IMG/VR virus record: IMGVR_UViG_3300012973_000875 | Direction: 5' to 3' (one strand) | Origin: an uncultured virus (IMG/VR IMGVR_UViG_3300012973_000875) | Lineage: Duplodnaviria > Heunggongvirae > Uroviricota > Caudoviricetes | DNA: 64,000 bases | Shown: piece by piece, positions 45,252 to 55,155 of the stretch | How positions within the stretch are numbered: position 1 is the stretch's first letter | Layout: every line of letters starts with the position of its first letter | Notes under the pieces: model-generated | Database searches by the model: none | The model's input: only the letters and a program-made list of their open reading frames with translations | What the model was told of the DNA's origin: nothing | Position numbers and translations under genes: made by a program

Positions 45252-46274
45252 ATGCTCGACATGCAGCGGACGGCTCAGGCACGGATCACGCTACTCACCC
45301 TCGCGCTGCTCGTCGGGGCCGGATCACTGGGAGCCCAGGATCCGGCCCCGCCGCGCACGGCCGCGAAACCGCAACCCAAGGCCCCACGCGTCGTCACCGA
45401 CGACCCGGGCCCGACCCCGGATCCGCCGGCCCCGCCCCTGCCGGCGGATCCCGACGCCCAGGCGATCATCACCCTGGCCAACGGCAAGCCCGTGCCGGCG
45501 GTCTGGCCGCTGGGCTTCTCCGTGCGACTCTCGGCCCGGCAATCGATCGCCGGCGACAAGGTCGGTAAGTCGGTCCAGTGGTTCATCGATCCCCCGTGGA
45601 TCGATCAACTCTCGGAACGTGACGCCGACGGCAAGGGGGTCACGGTCGGCTTCGGGATCAATCCCCGCAAGGTGACCGTGCGGCTCGCCGTGGCCAAGAG
45701 CGACACCTACGACGAGACGACGATCACGATCGAGGGGCAGGCCGATCCCAACGACGTGCCGACGCCAGGACCTGGGCCCGGACCAGGCCCAGGGCCAGGC
45801 CCAGGGCCAGGACCTGACCCGCCTCTGCCCGACGTGCCCCTACCCGACGTGCCGGTGCCGCCGCCTCCGGTGGTGGATCCCACGGCCAGTCTCGACGCCG
45901 ACGGCAAAGAGGTCTATGCCATCCTCACCAAGACCGTGCCGCTGACGGCGGCTCGGGCGGCCTTGGCCCAGAAGTTCGCGGTCAACTTCGCCACGGTCGC
46001 CGGCGAGATGTCCAAGGGGGCCGCCGGGGTGCCCGAGTTCGCCGCGATGAAGAACCTGCCGAGGGCACTCACCCGGCTCACCGACCTGAACAAGGCGCTG
46101 ATGGCCGCCACCGATCCCGAGGTCGCGGCCTGGCAGTTCTTCTTCCTGTCGCTCAACGCCTGGTACGACCAGGGCAAGAAGGACGGCAGACTGACGGACG
46201 CCTCGCAGTACATTCCCGTCCTGAAATCCACCGGAGCCGCGATCGCGGCGTATGCAGGGACGTTCAAGGGCTAA
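45252..46274 (+). CDS. Exported protein with Pro-Gly linker
   Basis: Signal peptide (ITLLTLALLVGAGSLGA-Q); (PG)n run at about 45765-45815. Confidence 0.8.
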   Translation: MLDMQRTAQARITLLTLALLVGAGSLGAQDPAPPRTAAKPQPKAPRVVTDDPGPTPDPPAPPLPADPDAQAIITLANGKPVPAVWPLGFSVRLSARQSIAGDKVGKSVQWFIDPPWIDQLSERDADGKGVTVGFGINPRKVTVRLAVAKSDTYDETTITIEGQADPNDVPTPGPGPGPGPGPGPGPGPDPPLPDVPLPDVPVPPPPVVDPTASLDADGKEVYAILTKTVPLTAARAALAQKFAVNFATVAGEMSKGAAGVPEFAAMKNLPRALTRLTDLNKALMAATDPEVAAWQFFFLSLNAWYDQGKKDGRLTDASQYIPVLKSTGAAIAAYAGTFKG

Positions 46275-46292
46275 GCACACCAGGAGGCAGGG

Positions 46293-47246
46293 ATGCCCTT
46301 CATTCGGCACAAGACCAAGGGCCGATCACCGTACGAGATGTTCGGCTGGCACGAGAACCCGGAGGCTGTCAACCAGGTTCTCTCGACATTGGCCTACCCG
46401 GTCTTCGGGGTCGCGGCTCACGCGATCCAGGGGTCCGGGGCGGGCAAGACGATCCTGCTCCACGAGGTCGTCAAGGAGGTTCTAGGCTACTTCCCGATCC
46501 ACCTCCAGACGATCGGCGACTGCGTTAGCCACGGCTGGGGCCTGGGGATCGACGTCCACAAGTGCGTGCGGATCGCGCTGCAAGGTGAGAACGAGGAGTT
46601 CCGGGGTCAGACCGCCACCGAGATCATCTACGCGGGAAGCCGTGTCGAGATCGGCGGCGGCCAGATCGCGGGCGACGGCTCGATCGGGGCCTGGGCGGCG
46701 AAGTTCGTTACGCAGTACGGCACGCTGGTCCGAGGCAAGTACGGTAACCTCGACCTGACCACCTACAACGGCAACACCGCCAAGTCCATGGGCCGCCGTG
46801 GGGCGGGCGTGCCCGACTCGCTCGAACCGCAGGTCCGCGAGCACCCGGTCCACACCACGTCGTTGGTGCGATCGTACGAGGAAGCCCGCGACGCGATCGC
46901 CAACGGCTACCCCGTGCCGGTCTGCTCCAACCGTGGCTTCCAGATGAAGCGCGATGCCGATGGCTTCGCCCGGCCCTCCGGGTCGTGGCCCCACTGCATG
47001 TGCTTCGTCTCCGTAGACGACACAGCCCGACGACCCGGGCTCCTCTGCTGCAACAGTTGGGGCGAGGACTGGATCAGCGGCCCGACCCGCCTGAACCAGC
47101 CCGCCGGGTCGTTCTGGGTCGACGCCGAGGTGGCCGACGCCATGCTCTCGGGCCGGGGCATGGGCGGTGCCGACAGCTTCTCGATCTCGGGGTTCACCGG
47201 CTACCCCGGCCTGGTTGATAAACTGAGCCACAAGTTCTTCTGGTGA
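46293..47246 (+). CDS. Papain-like (C1) cysteine peptidase
   Basis: QTIGDCVSHG (Q/C), WPHCM (H), CNSWG (N). Confidence 0.85.
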   Translation: MPFIRHKTKGRSPYEMFGWHENPEAVNQVLSTLAYPVFGVAAHAIQGSGAGKTILLHEVVKEVLGYFPIHLQTIGDCVSHGWGLGIDVHKCVRIALQGENEEFRGQTATEIIYAGSRVEIGGGQIAGDGSIGAWAAKFVTQYGTLVRGKYGNLDLTTYNGNTAKSMGRRGAGVPDSLEPQVREHPVHTTSLVRSYEEARDAIANGYPVPVCSNRGFQMKRDADGFARPSGSWPHCMCFVSVDDTARRPGLLCCNSWGEDWISGPTRLNQPAGSFWVDAEVADAMLSGRGMGGADSFSISGFTGYPGLVDKLSHKFFW

Positions 47247-47524
47247 TCCTGATGTTCACGAGTCTTGTCCTCCTTGCGGCGTTGGGGCAATCCCCGACGC
47301 CGTCGCCCTACCCGCCGCTGTCGGCTGAGTCGCACGCGAAGCTCTGGTCACTCCAGGCTCCCGTGCTCCAGCGTGACGCGGCTGTCACCGCCGAGCGGGA
47401 GTATCGCCGGTCCTACGGCATCCCGCAGGACGCCCAGTACCTGGGCGTCAACCGGCGTGGTCAGCGGGTGTATCAACGGCTTGTCCGACCCCTGCCCCGC
47501 CGCACCTGGGTCCCTGTCTGGTAG
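47243..47524 (+). CDS. Small exported protein
   Basis: Signal-like N-terminus ending ALGQ. Confidence 0.65.
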   Translation: MILMFTSLVLLAALGQSPTPSPYPPLSAESHAKLWSLQAPVLQRDAAVTAEREYRRSYGIPQDAQYLGVNRRGQRVYQRLVRPLPRRTWVPVW

Positions 47525-47533
47525 GAGTTGCCC

Positions 47534-47962
47534 ATGTACGTTGCCGTGCTTGCCCTGGTCCTGATGGGCCAGGCTCCCGAGACCCACGACCTGTTCGGTC
47601 TGTCCGCCCGCTTCGACAAGGTCGACGCCACGCTCGTGCGGGTCGAGGATCGGCTGGCGGCGATCGAGACCAAGCTCGACGAGTTCGAGAGTGCCGACGA
47701 GCCGACCGCGTCCCGCCTGGCCCGGACCCTGGCCGAGGCCCCGCCCTTGCCGCCGGCTCCCGGTTCGGCCGCGCGGGCCAGTCCGCCTCGGGTCTACGCC
47801 TACGCACCCCGCACCCAGGTCTATGGCGACAGCGATGGTGACGGCTACCTCGACGACTATGGCGAGTCGTGTGCCGTGGCCGCCCCGATGACCTACGCCT
47901 ACACGGTCCAGCCCCGCCGAGGGGTTTTTGGCCGGATCTTCGGCGGCGGTGGCTGCAACTGA
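47534..47962 (+). CDS. Small exported coiled-coil protein
   Basis: AGGAG RBS; signal ending MGQ; C-terminus RRGVFGRIFGGGGCN. Confidence 0.7.
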   Translation: MYVAVLALVLMGQAPETHDLFGLSARFDKVDATLVRVEDRLAAIETKLDEFESADEPTASRLARTLAEAPPLPPAPGSAARASPPRVYAYAPRTQVYGDSDGDGYLDDYGESCAVAAPMTYAYTVQPRRGVFGRIFGGGGCN

Positions 47963-48044
47963 CCGTCCCCGCCGCATATTCCGCCCGACGCCCGACCGCG
48001 CTAAGATAAGTGCGGCCGGGCGTTTCGTTCTTCAGGAGTCATCC

Positions 48045-48479
48045 ATGTCGGTCTCAGCACTGATCGCGGCACCGCGAATCCGTACAAGCTCGAACTCGTC
48101 CGTCTTCGGCTACCGCGCCACCCGGTTCTGGGCCGAGCGGGGCCTGATCCACATCGTCGACGAGGACACCGGGGCCTACACCCCCTGCTCGCGCGCCGAA
48201 TGGGTCGCGCGGATCATCGCGTTCGCCGGCAAGAAGGGGCGGATCAACGACAAGTACGCCGACGAACGGGCGGAAAAGCGGCGGCTGATCCAGTCGATGA
48301 TCGAGACCAACGCCGAGGCCAAGCGGCAGGGCGATCCGTTCGATCCCCGGGTCTCGCGTGATATGATGAGTCGCGGCCCGGCGACCATCTCGATGGCGGG
48401 GACCTACCGCCCGGGCCAGTCCCTCATCCTGCCCGGCACCCCGCCGCCAGCGGTCGCCCCCAAGATCATCGTGCCGTAA
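48045..48479 (+). CDS. Hypothetical protein
   Basis: AGGAG RBS; TAAGAT -10-like box upstream. Confidence 0.75.
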   Translation: MSVSALIAAPRIRTSSNSSVFGYRATRFWAERGLIHIVDEDTGAYTPCSRAEWVARIIAFAGKKGRINDKYADERAEKRRLIQSMIETNAEAKRQGDPFDPRVSRDMMSRGPATISMAGTYRPGQSLILPGTPPPAVAPKIIVP

Positions 48480-48488
48480 GGCGAGGAG

Positions 48489-48866
48489 ATGTCACGGATG
48501 ACCCCTGCACAGAGCTTCAAGTTCGCGTTCCTCTGCCGGTGCGCCGAGGAGGGACTCGATGCCGCTCAGATCCAGGACCGGATCAGCCACTGCCGGACCA
48601 AGCTGGCCGGCGCCACCGACCTCGGGCTGTCGGCCCTGGCCTTCGCGTCGCTCCCCACGGCACTCTCGGTGGGCGGCGGGGCTCTGGCCGGCACGATGAT
48701 CGGTTCGCACCTGGGCGGCATGACGCTGGGCAAGCGGACGCCGGCCGATGTGCGGCGGCGGGAACTCATCGCCGCCTTGAACTCCTACAGCGAGCAGGCC
48801 GAACGGCGGGCGCTCCAACACCGGGCGGACCTCGCCAAGCCGACGCCTCGGTTCTACGGCATGTAA
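48489..48866 (+). CDS. Small Gly-zipper protein with FLxxCxxxG...KLA leader
   Basis: FKFAFLCRCAEEGLDAAQIQDRISHCRTKLAG followed by a hydrophobic Gly-rich segment. Confidence 0.75.
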   Translation: MSRMTPAQSFKFAFLCRCAEEGLDAAQIQDRISHCRTKLAGATDLGLSALAFASLPTALSVGGGALAGTMIGSHLGGMTLGKRTPADVRRRELIAALNSYSEQAERRALQHRADLAKPTPRFYGM

Positions 48867-48875
48867 GGGCTCCCT

Positions 48876-49325
48876 ATGAATGCGCGGGCAAAGTTCCGGG
48901 GGGATCAGGACAGCCGCTACGACGGCCAGTTGACCTGGCCCGGCAGTCAGGAAGGCTACCCCATCCTCGGCCGCGCGCCGGAGATGATGCGGCAGGATGA
49001 GTACGAGCAGATCACCCACGCCTGCTCGTTCAAGTGCCAGATGTACCGGACCTGGATCCCCGACGAGGTCGCCGAGTACCGCTGGGTCATGGACCGCGTG
49101 GCCAACCAACTCTTCATCCTCCGCGCCAACGATCGCCAGTGGGATGCCGCAAAGAAGGGCTACCACATCTGGTTAGAATGGGCGGAAGTCTACGGCCTGG
49201 CCCCCAACAGCACGCAGGTCGATCCGATGCAGAGCCTCACCGGCGGCCTGACCGCGCCGGCTGACGGGACACCAAGCTCGAACGGCCGGGGTCTGAGTGC
49301 GACCCGGGCGATCACACGGAGGTGA
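48876..49325 (+). CDS. Hypothetical protein
   Basis: Globular-looking ORF in the gene run upstream of RNAP. Confidence 0.75.
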   Translation: MNARAKFRGDQDSRYDGQLTWPGSQEGYPILGRAPEMMRQDEYEQITHACSFKCQMYRTWIPDEVAEYRWVMDRVANQLFILRANDRQWDAAKKGYHIWLEWAEVYGLAPNSTQVDPMQSLTGGLTAPADGTPSSNGRGLSATRAITRR

Positions 49326-49329
49326 TGCG

Positions 49330-50475
49330 ATGTCCGATCCGCAACTGACCGAGATGATGCAGGACCCGTCGAACGTCGCCAAGGCCAAGATCGTCTCCGA
49401 CCTGCTGCGGCTGGGTGTGGGGATGGGCGCCGTGGGCGTCGGTGCCCGGTCGCTGATGGGTCTGGCCGAGTTCCCCCGCCGCCAGTTCGCCCCGCCGCCG
49501 AAGTTCCCCCGCCGCCAGTCGCAGATCAAGATCCCTGTCCCGGTCCTCGACAAGGAGGCCAAGGTCCAGGTGCCCAGCTTCTCCGATCGCCCGCTGGAGT
49601 TCCTGGGGGCGCACGGGGCCAAGGCCCTGGGTCTGCTCAAGGACAAGGCGGGTCCGGCCTGGGGCGGGATGCGCGAGGTCATGATGAGTCATCGACCCGA
49701 CGCCACGCTGACGAACACCCCCTGGGGGCTCCCCGCCGCCGTGGCCGTCGGCGGAGCGGGCCTCTATGGCGGCTACAAGCTCACCGACAAGCTCCTGGGC
49801 AAGCAGCAGACCGCCGAGGACGAGGACGAACTGACCAAGGCGAAGGCCCGCTACGAGCGGGCCATGCTGGGCAACTACAAGCTCGCGGCCGCCGGCGAGA
49901 CGACCGACGAGCCCGAGCCGTTCGCGGGGCTCGACGAGCTTTGCGACCAGGTCAAGCAGGCCAACTGGTTCACCGAGACGGTGGGCCAGAAGCTGACCGA
50001 TGCCGGCAACAGTGGCCCGGGCGGGGCCTACCTGGGGGGCAACCTGGCCCTGGGGCTGCTGACGGCGGCCGGGACGGGGGCTCTGGCCTACAACAAGGCC
50101 AAGGGGAGCGGCCCCGAGCAGATCCTCGACGAGGCGGTCCGCCGCCGTGAGGAGATGCTGGCCGCGACCAATCCCATGCCGATCGAGGCGGTGCCAGCCC
50201 CCTACCGGGTCAGCCGCCGGCAGTACCAGGACGTGCAGCAGCGACTCAACCGGCTCGCCGCGCGGGACCTGCGGGGCTTGCCTGGGGCCGACAAGGCGGC
50301 CAACATGGGCGTGGCGGCGGCCGGCGCGTTAGGCCGGCTCAATGCCCGCCAGGCCGCGCTCTGGCGAGCGCAGCAGATCCAGATGGGGAACAAACCCGAC
50401 GACGGCAAGTCCAATGAGGGTCCGCAACAACCCCAGTTGCCCACGATGGCCGGGGCCCGCACGCGGACAGGCTGA
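49330..50475 (+). CDS. Gly-zipper protein with K-x-A motifs (probable virion-internal protein)
   Basis: GGAGGTG RBS; three hydrophobic Gly-rich segments separated by KEA, KLAA, KQA, KAA. Confidence 0.8.
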   Translation: MSDPQLTEMMQDPSNVAKAKIVSDLLRLGVGMGAVGVGARSLMGLAEFPRRQFAPPPKFPRRQSQIKIPVPVLDKEAKVQVPSFSDRPLEFLGAHGAKALGLLKDKAGPAWGGMREVMMSHRPDATLTNTPWGLPAAVAVGGAGLYGGYKLTDKLLGKQQTAEDEDELTKAKARYERAMLGNYKLAAAGETTDEPEPFAGLDELCDQVKQANWFTETVGQKLTDAGNSGPGGAYLGGNLALGLLTAAGTGALAYNKAKGSGPEQILDEAVRRREEMLAATNPMPIEAVPAPYRVSRRQYQDVQQRLNRLAARDLRGLPGADKAANMGVAAAGALGRLNARQAALWRAQQIQMGNKPDDGKSNEGPQQPQLPTMAGARTRTG

Positions 50476-50489
50476 GCGAGTGACCACAC

Positions 50490-50696
50490 ATGGGCGTCGA
50501 ACCACGCTACCTGGGCAAGACCACCGAGGACCTTCAGCAGGACCAGGATCACGCCGCCATCGAGGCGGCCGGGGTCCAACTCCGCCAGGCGAAGGCCCGC
50601 GAGCAGAAAACGCAGAATCTGGCGCGACGGATGGGCCAGACACCCCCGTCGCAACGAGGGAAATCGACCCATGCCAAGCGTGCTGGACAGTTTTGA
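50490..50696 (+). CDS. Possible small protein overlapping the RNAP start
   Basis: 68 aa filling the intergenic gap; weak RBS. Confidence 0.45.
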   Translation: MGVEPRYLGKTTEDLQQDQDHAAIEAAGVQLRQAKAREQKTQNLARRMGQTPPSQRGKSTHAKRAGQF

Positions 50697-53600
50697 CCCG
50701 ACGCAGCCCCTCCGCCCGCAGGCGACGCTGCCTGCGGGTGCTCCCCCGGCACTGGGCCTGACCCCGGTCACCCCGCTGGCCCCCCGGGCAGTCGCCACTC
50801 CGGTCCCGACCCCGCCGGCCGTGGACATGCGCGACTTCGGCGACTCCGCCGCGATCCGCCGGCAGATCTTCGCCAACGTCCGGGCCAAGGCCCAGGGGAT
50901 CGAGCCGATCACCAACGCCCGCCACACGCTCACCCTGCACGATGTCGACTACACCGGGCAGGAGGAATACTCGATCCGGGAGCGGAAGCGGGCGATCCTT
51001 CGCGGGGAGACGCTGGGTCGCCGGCTCCAGGGGACCTGGCTGCTGACGGACAACGCGACCGGGGCGACGATCGATCGCAAGCGGTCGACGATCGCCACCG
51101 TCCCCTACATGACCGACAGCGGCACGTTCATCAAGGGGGGCAACGAGTACACCCTGGCCCACCAGAGCCGGCTGCGGGCCGGGGTCTTCAGCCGCCGCCA
51201 GGACAACGGCGATTTGGAAGCCCACGTCAACGTCATGCCGGGCAAGGGGATCTCCAGCCGCGTCTACATGGAGCCGTCGACCGGGTTGTTCCGGCTCAAG
51301 GTCGCGCAGGCCAAGCTGCCGCTGCTGCCGGTGCTGCGGGCGATGGGGGTCACCGACGACCAACTCCGCAAGGCGTGGGGTAACGAGCTTGTCAGCCCCA
51401 ACATGCTCAAGGACGACCCCTCGGCGATCGACAAGCTCTACAAGCGGCTCTACCGCAGCGGCACCGAGGCGAACTTCGCCAACCGGGCCGCCGCCGTCGC
51501 CGACGCCTTCGCCAAGATGGAACTCGACCCGGAGGTCACCAAGCGGACATTAGGCGAGCCGTTCAAGGGGGTCGACGCCGCCGCCCTGCTGGCGACGACC
51601 AAGAAGCTGATCGCGATCAATCGCGGCGAGGCCGAGCCCGACGACCGCGACCACCTGGCCTACATGACCGTCCACGGCCCCGAGGACCTGCTCGCCGAGC
51701 GGCTGGGTAAGGACCGCCGGCTGCTGACGCGGATGCTCTGGAAGGCCGGGTCCAAGGGCGGCCTGCAAGCGATGAAGACCGACCTGTTCACCAAGTCGAT
51801 CGAGGCGGCCATCATGGGCTCGGGCCTCGGGCAACCGGTCGAGTCGATCAACCCGGCGCAGATCTTCGAGCAGCAGGGGCGCGTCAGCCGGCTGGGTGAG
51901 GGCGGCATCCCGTCGCTCGACTCGGTCCCGACCGAGGCTCGCAACGTCCAGCCGTCGCACTTCGGCTTCATCGATCCGCTGGTGACCCCCGAGAGCTTGA
52001 AGGTCGGCGTCGACAGCCGCGTCGTCCGGTCGGCCCGCAAGGGGGCCGACGGCCGGCTCTACTCGCCCTTCCGCGACATCAAGACCGGCCAGACCGTCTA
52101 CAAGAGCCCGCAGGAGATGGCCGACGCCACGATCGCCTTCCCCGGCGAACTGCGGAAGAACACGCCGATGGTCGCGGCCATGGTCGCCGGCCGCACCAAG
52201 TTCGTCCCCCGCGAGAAGATCGATTATGAGCTTCCGCAGATGGAGGACGCCTTCTCGCACATCACGAACCTGGTGCCGATGAAGTCGGCCGTCAAGGGGC
52301 AACGCGCGGTCATGGCCGGCCGCATGATCACCCAGGCGCTGCCGGTCTCCGAGCCCGAGAGCCCGCTGGTGCAGTCGGGGGTGCCCGGGTCGCAGGACGA
52401 TAGCTACGAGAACCAGTACGGCCGCTACATGGGGGCCGTCCGCAGCGACACGGCTGGCACGGTCGTGCAGGTCGACGGCGACTCGATCAAGGTCCGGGGG
52501 GCCGACGGCCGGGTCCGCGAGACCCAGCTTTACAACAATTTTCCGTACAACCGCAAAACTTTTGTCCACCAGTCGGCCGCCGTGAAGGTCGGCGACCCGG
52601 TCCAGCCCGGCCAACTCCTGGCCCGGTCGAACTACACCGACGCGCAGGGGGTCACCGCGCTGGGCAAGAATGCCCGGGTCGCCTACATCCCGTTCCGGGG
52701 GATGAACTTCGAGGATGCGATCGTCGTCAGTGCCTCGTTCGCCAAGCGGATGCGCAGCGAGCACATGTACCAGCACGGGATGGATCGCGACGATGACGTC
52801 AAGACGGGCAAGAAGGACTTCGTCTCCAGCTTCGCCACCAAGTTCCCCCGGGCGATCCTCGACACGATCGACGACGACGGGGTCGTCAAGCCGGGCACCA
52901 CGGTCGAGCACGGCCACCCGCTGGTGCTCGCCGTCAAGAAGCGGGACCGGACCCACGGGGCGATCCACCGAGGTCGCGACGCCTCGTTCGCCGACAAGAG
53001 TGAACTCTGGTCCCACCACTCCCCCGGGGTCGTCACCGACGTCGAAAAGACGAGCAAGGGGATCGTCGTCTCGGTCAAAAGCCACAACGAGATGGAGGTC
53101 GGGGACAAACTGAGTGGGCGCTACGGCGACAAGGGGGTCATCGCCGGGATCATTCCCGACGACGAAGTCCCGCACGATGCGCAGGGCCGCCCCTACGAGG
53201 TGCTCCTGAATCCGCTCGGGGTGATCACCCGCACCAACCCCAGTCAGATGGTCGAGGCGTCGCTGGGCAAGATCGCCGAGCGGACCGGCAAGGCGTACCG
53301 CGTCCAGGACTTCCAGGACCAGGACCTGACGCAGTACGCGATCGACGAACTGACCAAGCACCAGATGCAGGACCAGGAGAACATCTACGACCCCTCGACC
53401 GGCCGCGTCATCCCCAAGATCTTCACCGGCAACCGCTTCTTTATGAAGCTGCACCACACGGCCGAGTCGAAAGGGCAAGGACGCGGCACCGCCGGCTACA
53501 CGTCCGAGGGGCGACCGTCGAAGGGGGGCGAGACCGGCTCGAAGCGGATCTCGCTCATGGACATCAACGCGCTCTTGTCGCACGGGGCGACCGAGGTCCT

Positions 53601-55155
53601 CCGCGACGCCTCGGTCGTGCGGGGCCAGGAGCACCAGGACCTCTGGGCGCAGTTCATGTCGGGGCACAAGATGCCCACCCCCAAGGTGCCGTTCGTCCAC
53701 GAGAAGTTCGTCAACCAGTTGAAGGCCGCCGGGATCAACGTCATCCGCGAGGGGACCCGCCACCAGGTGATGGCCCTGACCGACGCCGACGTCCGCGAGA
53801 TGTCGGGCGACCGCGAGGTCACCTCGGGCGACACGGTCGACTGGAAGGGGGGCCTGAAGCCGATCCGGGGCGGCCTGTTCGACGAGCACCTGACGGGCGG
53901 TCACAACGGCAACCGCTGGGCGCACATCAAGCTCCACGAGCCGATGCCCAACCCCGTCATGGAGGAGCCGGTCCGCAAGATCCTGGGCCTGACCGAGAAG
54001 GAATACCGCGAGGTCCTGGGGGGCGACCGCCGGATCGCCGGCGCGACCGGCCCGGCGGCGATCGGCAAGGCGCTGGCGGCGATCGACGTCCCCAAGATGA
54101 TGGAGCAGGCCCGTGCCGAGATCGCCGGCAGCAAGCGGGGGGCCCGCGACCAGGCGATCCGCAAGCTCCGCTACCTGAAGGCGGCCGATCGGCTCAAGAT
54201 CCACCCCAAGGACTGGATGCTGTCGCAGGTGCCGGTCCTGCCGCCGATCTTCCGCCCGGTCTCGGTCATGGCCGGCTCGAAGATGCCGATGGTGGCCGAC
54301 CCCAACTACCTCTACAAGGAACTGCTGGAGGCCAACGACAACCTCAAGACGATGTCCGGGGCGGTCGACGACACCAAGGACGAGCGGCTGGCCCTCTACG
54401 ACACGTTCAAGGCGGTCACCGGCCTGGGCGACCCGCTCCACCCCAAGAACCAGGAGAAGCAGGTCAAGGGGATCCTCAAGCACGTCTTTGGCAACTCGCC
54501 CAAGGTGGGCGTCGTCCAGCGGAAACTGCTGGGAGCCTCGACCGACCTGGTCGGCCGGGCGGTGATCACCCCCAACCCCGACCTCGACATGGACACCGTC
54601 GGCGTCCCCGAGACCCGGGCCTGGGAGGTCTACAAGCCGTTCCTGATCCGCCGCCTGGTCCGCCGTGGCGTGCCCCGCCAGCAGGCCGCGCAGTTGGTCC
54701 ACGACAAGCACCAGCTTGCCAAGGACGCGCTGCTCCAGGAGATGGAGGCCCGCCCGGTGATCATCAACCGGGCCCCGGTGCTCCACCGCTACGGGATCAT
54801 GGCCTTCCGCCCCAAGCTCGTGAAGGGGGACACCCTCCAAGTCAGCCCGCTGATCGTTGGCGGGTTCAACGCCGACTTCGACGGCGACGCCATGCAGTAC
54901 CACGTCCCGGCCTCCGACGAGGCGGTCACCGACGCCATGGAGAAGATGCTGCCGTCGCGTAATCTGCTGGCCGCCAGCAACTTCAAGGTCCACCAACTCC
55001 CCAGCAAGGAATACGGCGGCGGCCTTTACGCGGCCTCCACGTTCCGTGATGATAAGCGGCAGGTCATGCGGTTTAGGACGAAACGCGACGCCATTCTGGC
55101 ACGCCAGCAGGGACGGATCGACGTGGACCAGCCGGTCGAGATTCTGGAGGACTGA
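50671..55155 (+). CDS. rpoBC: Phage multisubunit RNA polymerase, fused beta + N-terminal beta' (catalytic)
   Basis: beta motifs VPYMTDSGTFI, LGEGGI, HFGFIDPLVTPES, GMNFEDAIVVS, GDKLSGRYGDKG, NPLGV, MKLHH; beta' motifs GGLFD, VPVLPPIFRP, NRAPVLH, NADFDGD (54868-54888). Confidence 0.95.
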   Translation: MPSVLDSFDPTQPLRPQATLPAGAPPALGLTPVTPLAPRAVATPVPTPPAVDMRDFGDSAAIRRQIFANVRAKAQGIEPITNARHTLTLHDVDYTGQEEYSIRERKRAILRGETLGRRLQGTWLLTDNATGATIDRKRSTIATVPYMTDSGTFIKGGNEYTLAHQSRLRAGVFSRRQDNGDLEAHVNVMPGKGISSRVYMEPSTGLFRLKVAQAKLPLLPVLRAMGVTDDQLRKAWGNELVSPNMLKDDPSAIDKLYKRLYRSGTEANFANRAAAVADAFAKMELDPEVTKRTLGEPFKGVDAAALLATTKKLIAINRGEAEPDDRDHLAYMTVHGPEDLLAERLGKDRRLLTRMLWKAGSKGGLQAMKTDLFTKSIEAAIMGSGLGQPVESINPAQIFEQQGRVSRLGEGGIPSLDSVPTEARNVQPSHFGFIDPLVTPESLKVGVDSRVVRSARKGADGRLYSPFRDIKTGQTVYKSPQEMADATIAFPGELRKNTPMVAAMVAGRTKFVPREKIDYELPQMEDAFSHITNLVPMKSAVKGQRAVMAGRMITQALPVSEPESPLVQSGVPGSQDDSYENQYGRYMGAVRSDTAGTVVQVDGDSIKVRGADGRVRETQLYNNFPYNRKTFVHQSAAVKVGDPVQPGQLLARSNYTDAQGVTALGKNARVAYIPFRGMNFEDAIVVSASFAKRMRSEHMYQHGMDRDDDVKTGKKDFVSSFATKFPRAILDTIDDDGVVKPGTTVEHGHPLVLAVKKRDRTHGAIHRGRDASFADKSELWSHHSPGVVTDVEKTSKGIVVSVKSHNEMEVGDKLSGRYGDKGVIAGIIPDDEVPHDAQGRPYEVLLNPLGVITRTNPSQMVEASLGKIAERTGKAYRVQDFQDQDLTQYAIDELTKHQMQDQENIYDPSTGRVIPKIFTGNRFFMKLHHTAESKGQGRGTAGYTSEGRPSKGGETGSKRISLMDINALLSHGATEVLRDASVVRGQEHQDLWAQFMSGHKMPTPKVPFVHEKFVNQLKAAGINVIREGTRHQVMALTDADVREMSGDREVTSGDTVDWKGGLKPIRGGLFDEHLTGGHNGNRWAHIKLHEPMPNPVMEEPVRKILGLTEKEYREVLGGDRRIAGATGPAAIGKALAAIDVPKMMEQARAEIAGSKRGARDQAIRKLRYLKAADRLKIHPKDWMLSQVPVLPPIFRPVSVMAGSKMPMVADPNYLYKELLEANDNLKTMSGAVDDTKDERLALYDTFKAVTGLGDPLHPKNQEKQVKGILKHVFGNSPKVGVVQRKLLGASTDLVGRAVITPNPDLDMDTVGVPETRAWEVYKPFLIRRLVRRGVPRQQAAQLVHDKHQLAKDALLQEMEARPVIINRAPVLHRYGIMAFRPKLVKGDTLQVSPLIVGGFNADFDGDAMQYHVPASDEAVTDAMEKMLPSRNLLAASNFKVHQLPSKEYGGGLYAASTFRDDKRQVMRFRTKRDAILARQQGRIDVDQPVEILED

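Noticed and set aside
53720..53742. LKAAG at the beta/beta' junction as a cleavage site
   Set aside because: Aligns with the conserved beta C-terminal helix (KEIRSLGINI in E. coli), so the motif may be incidental
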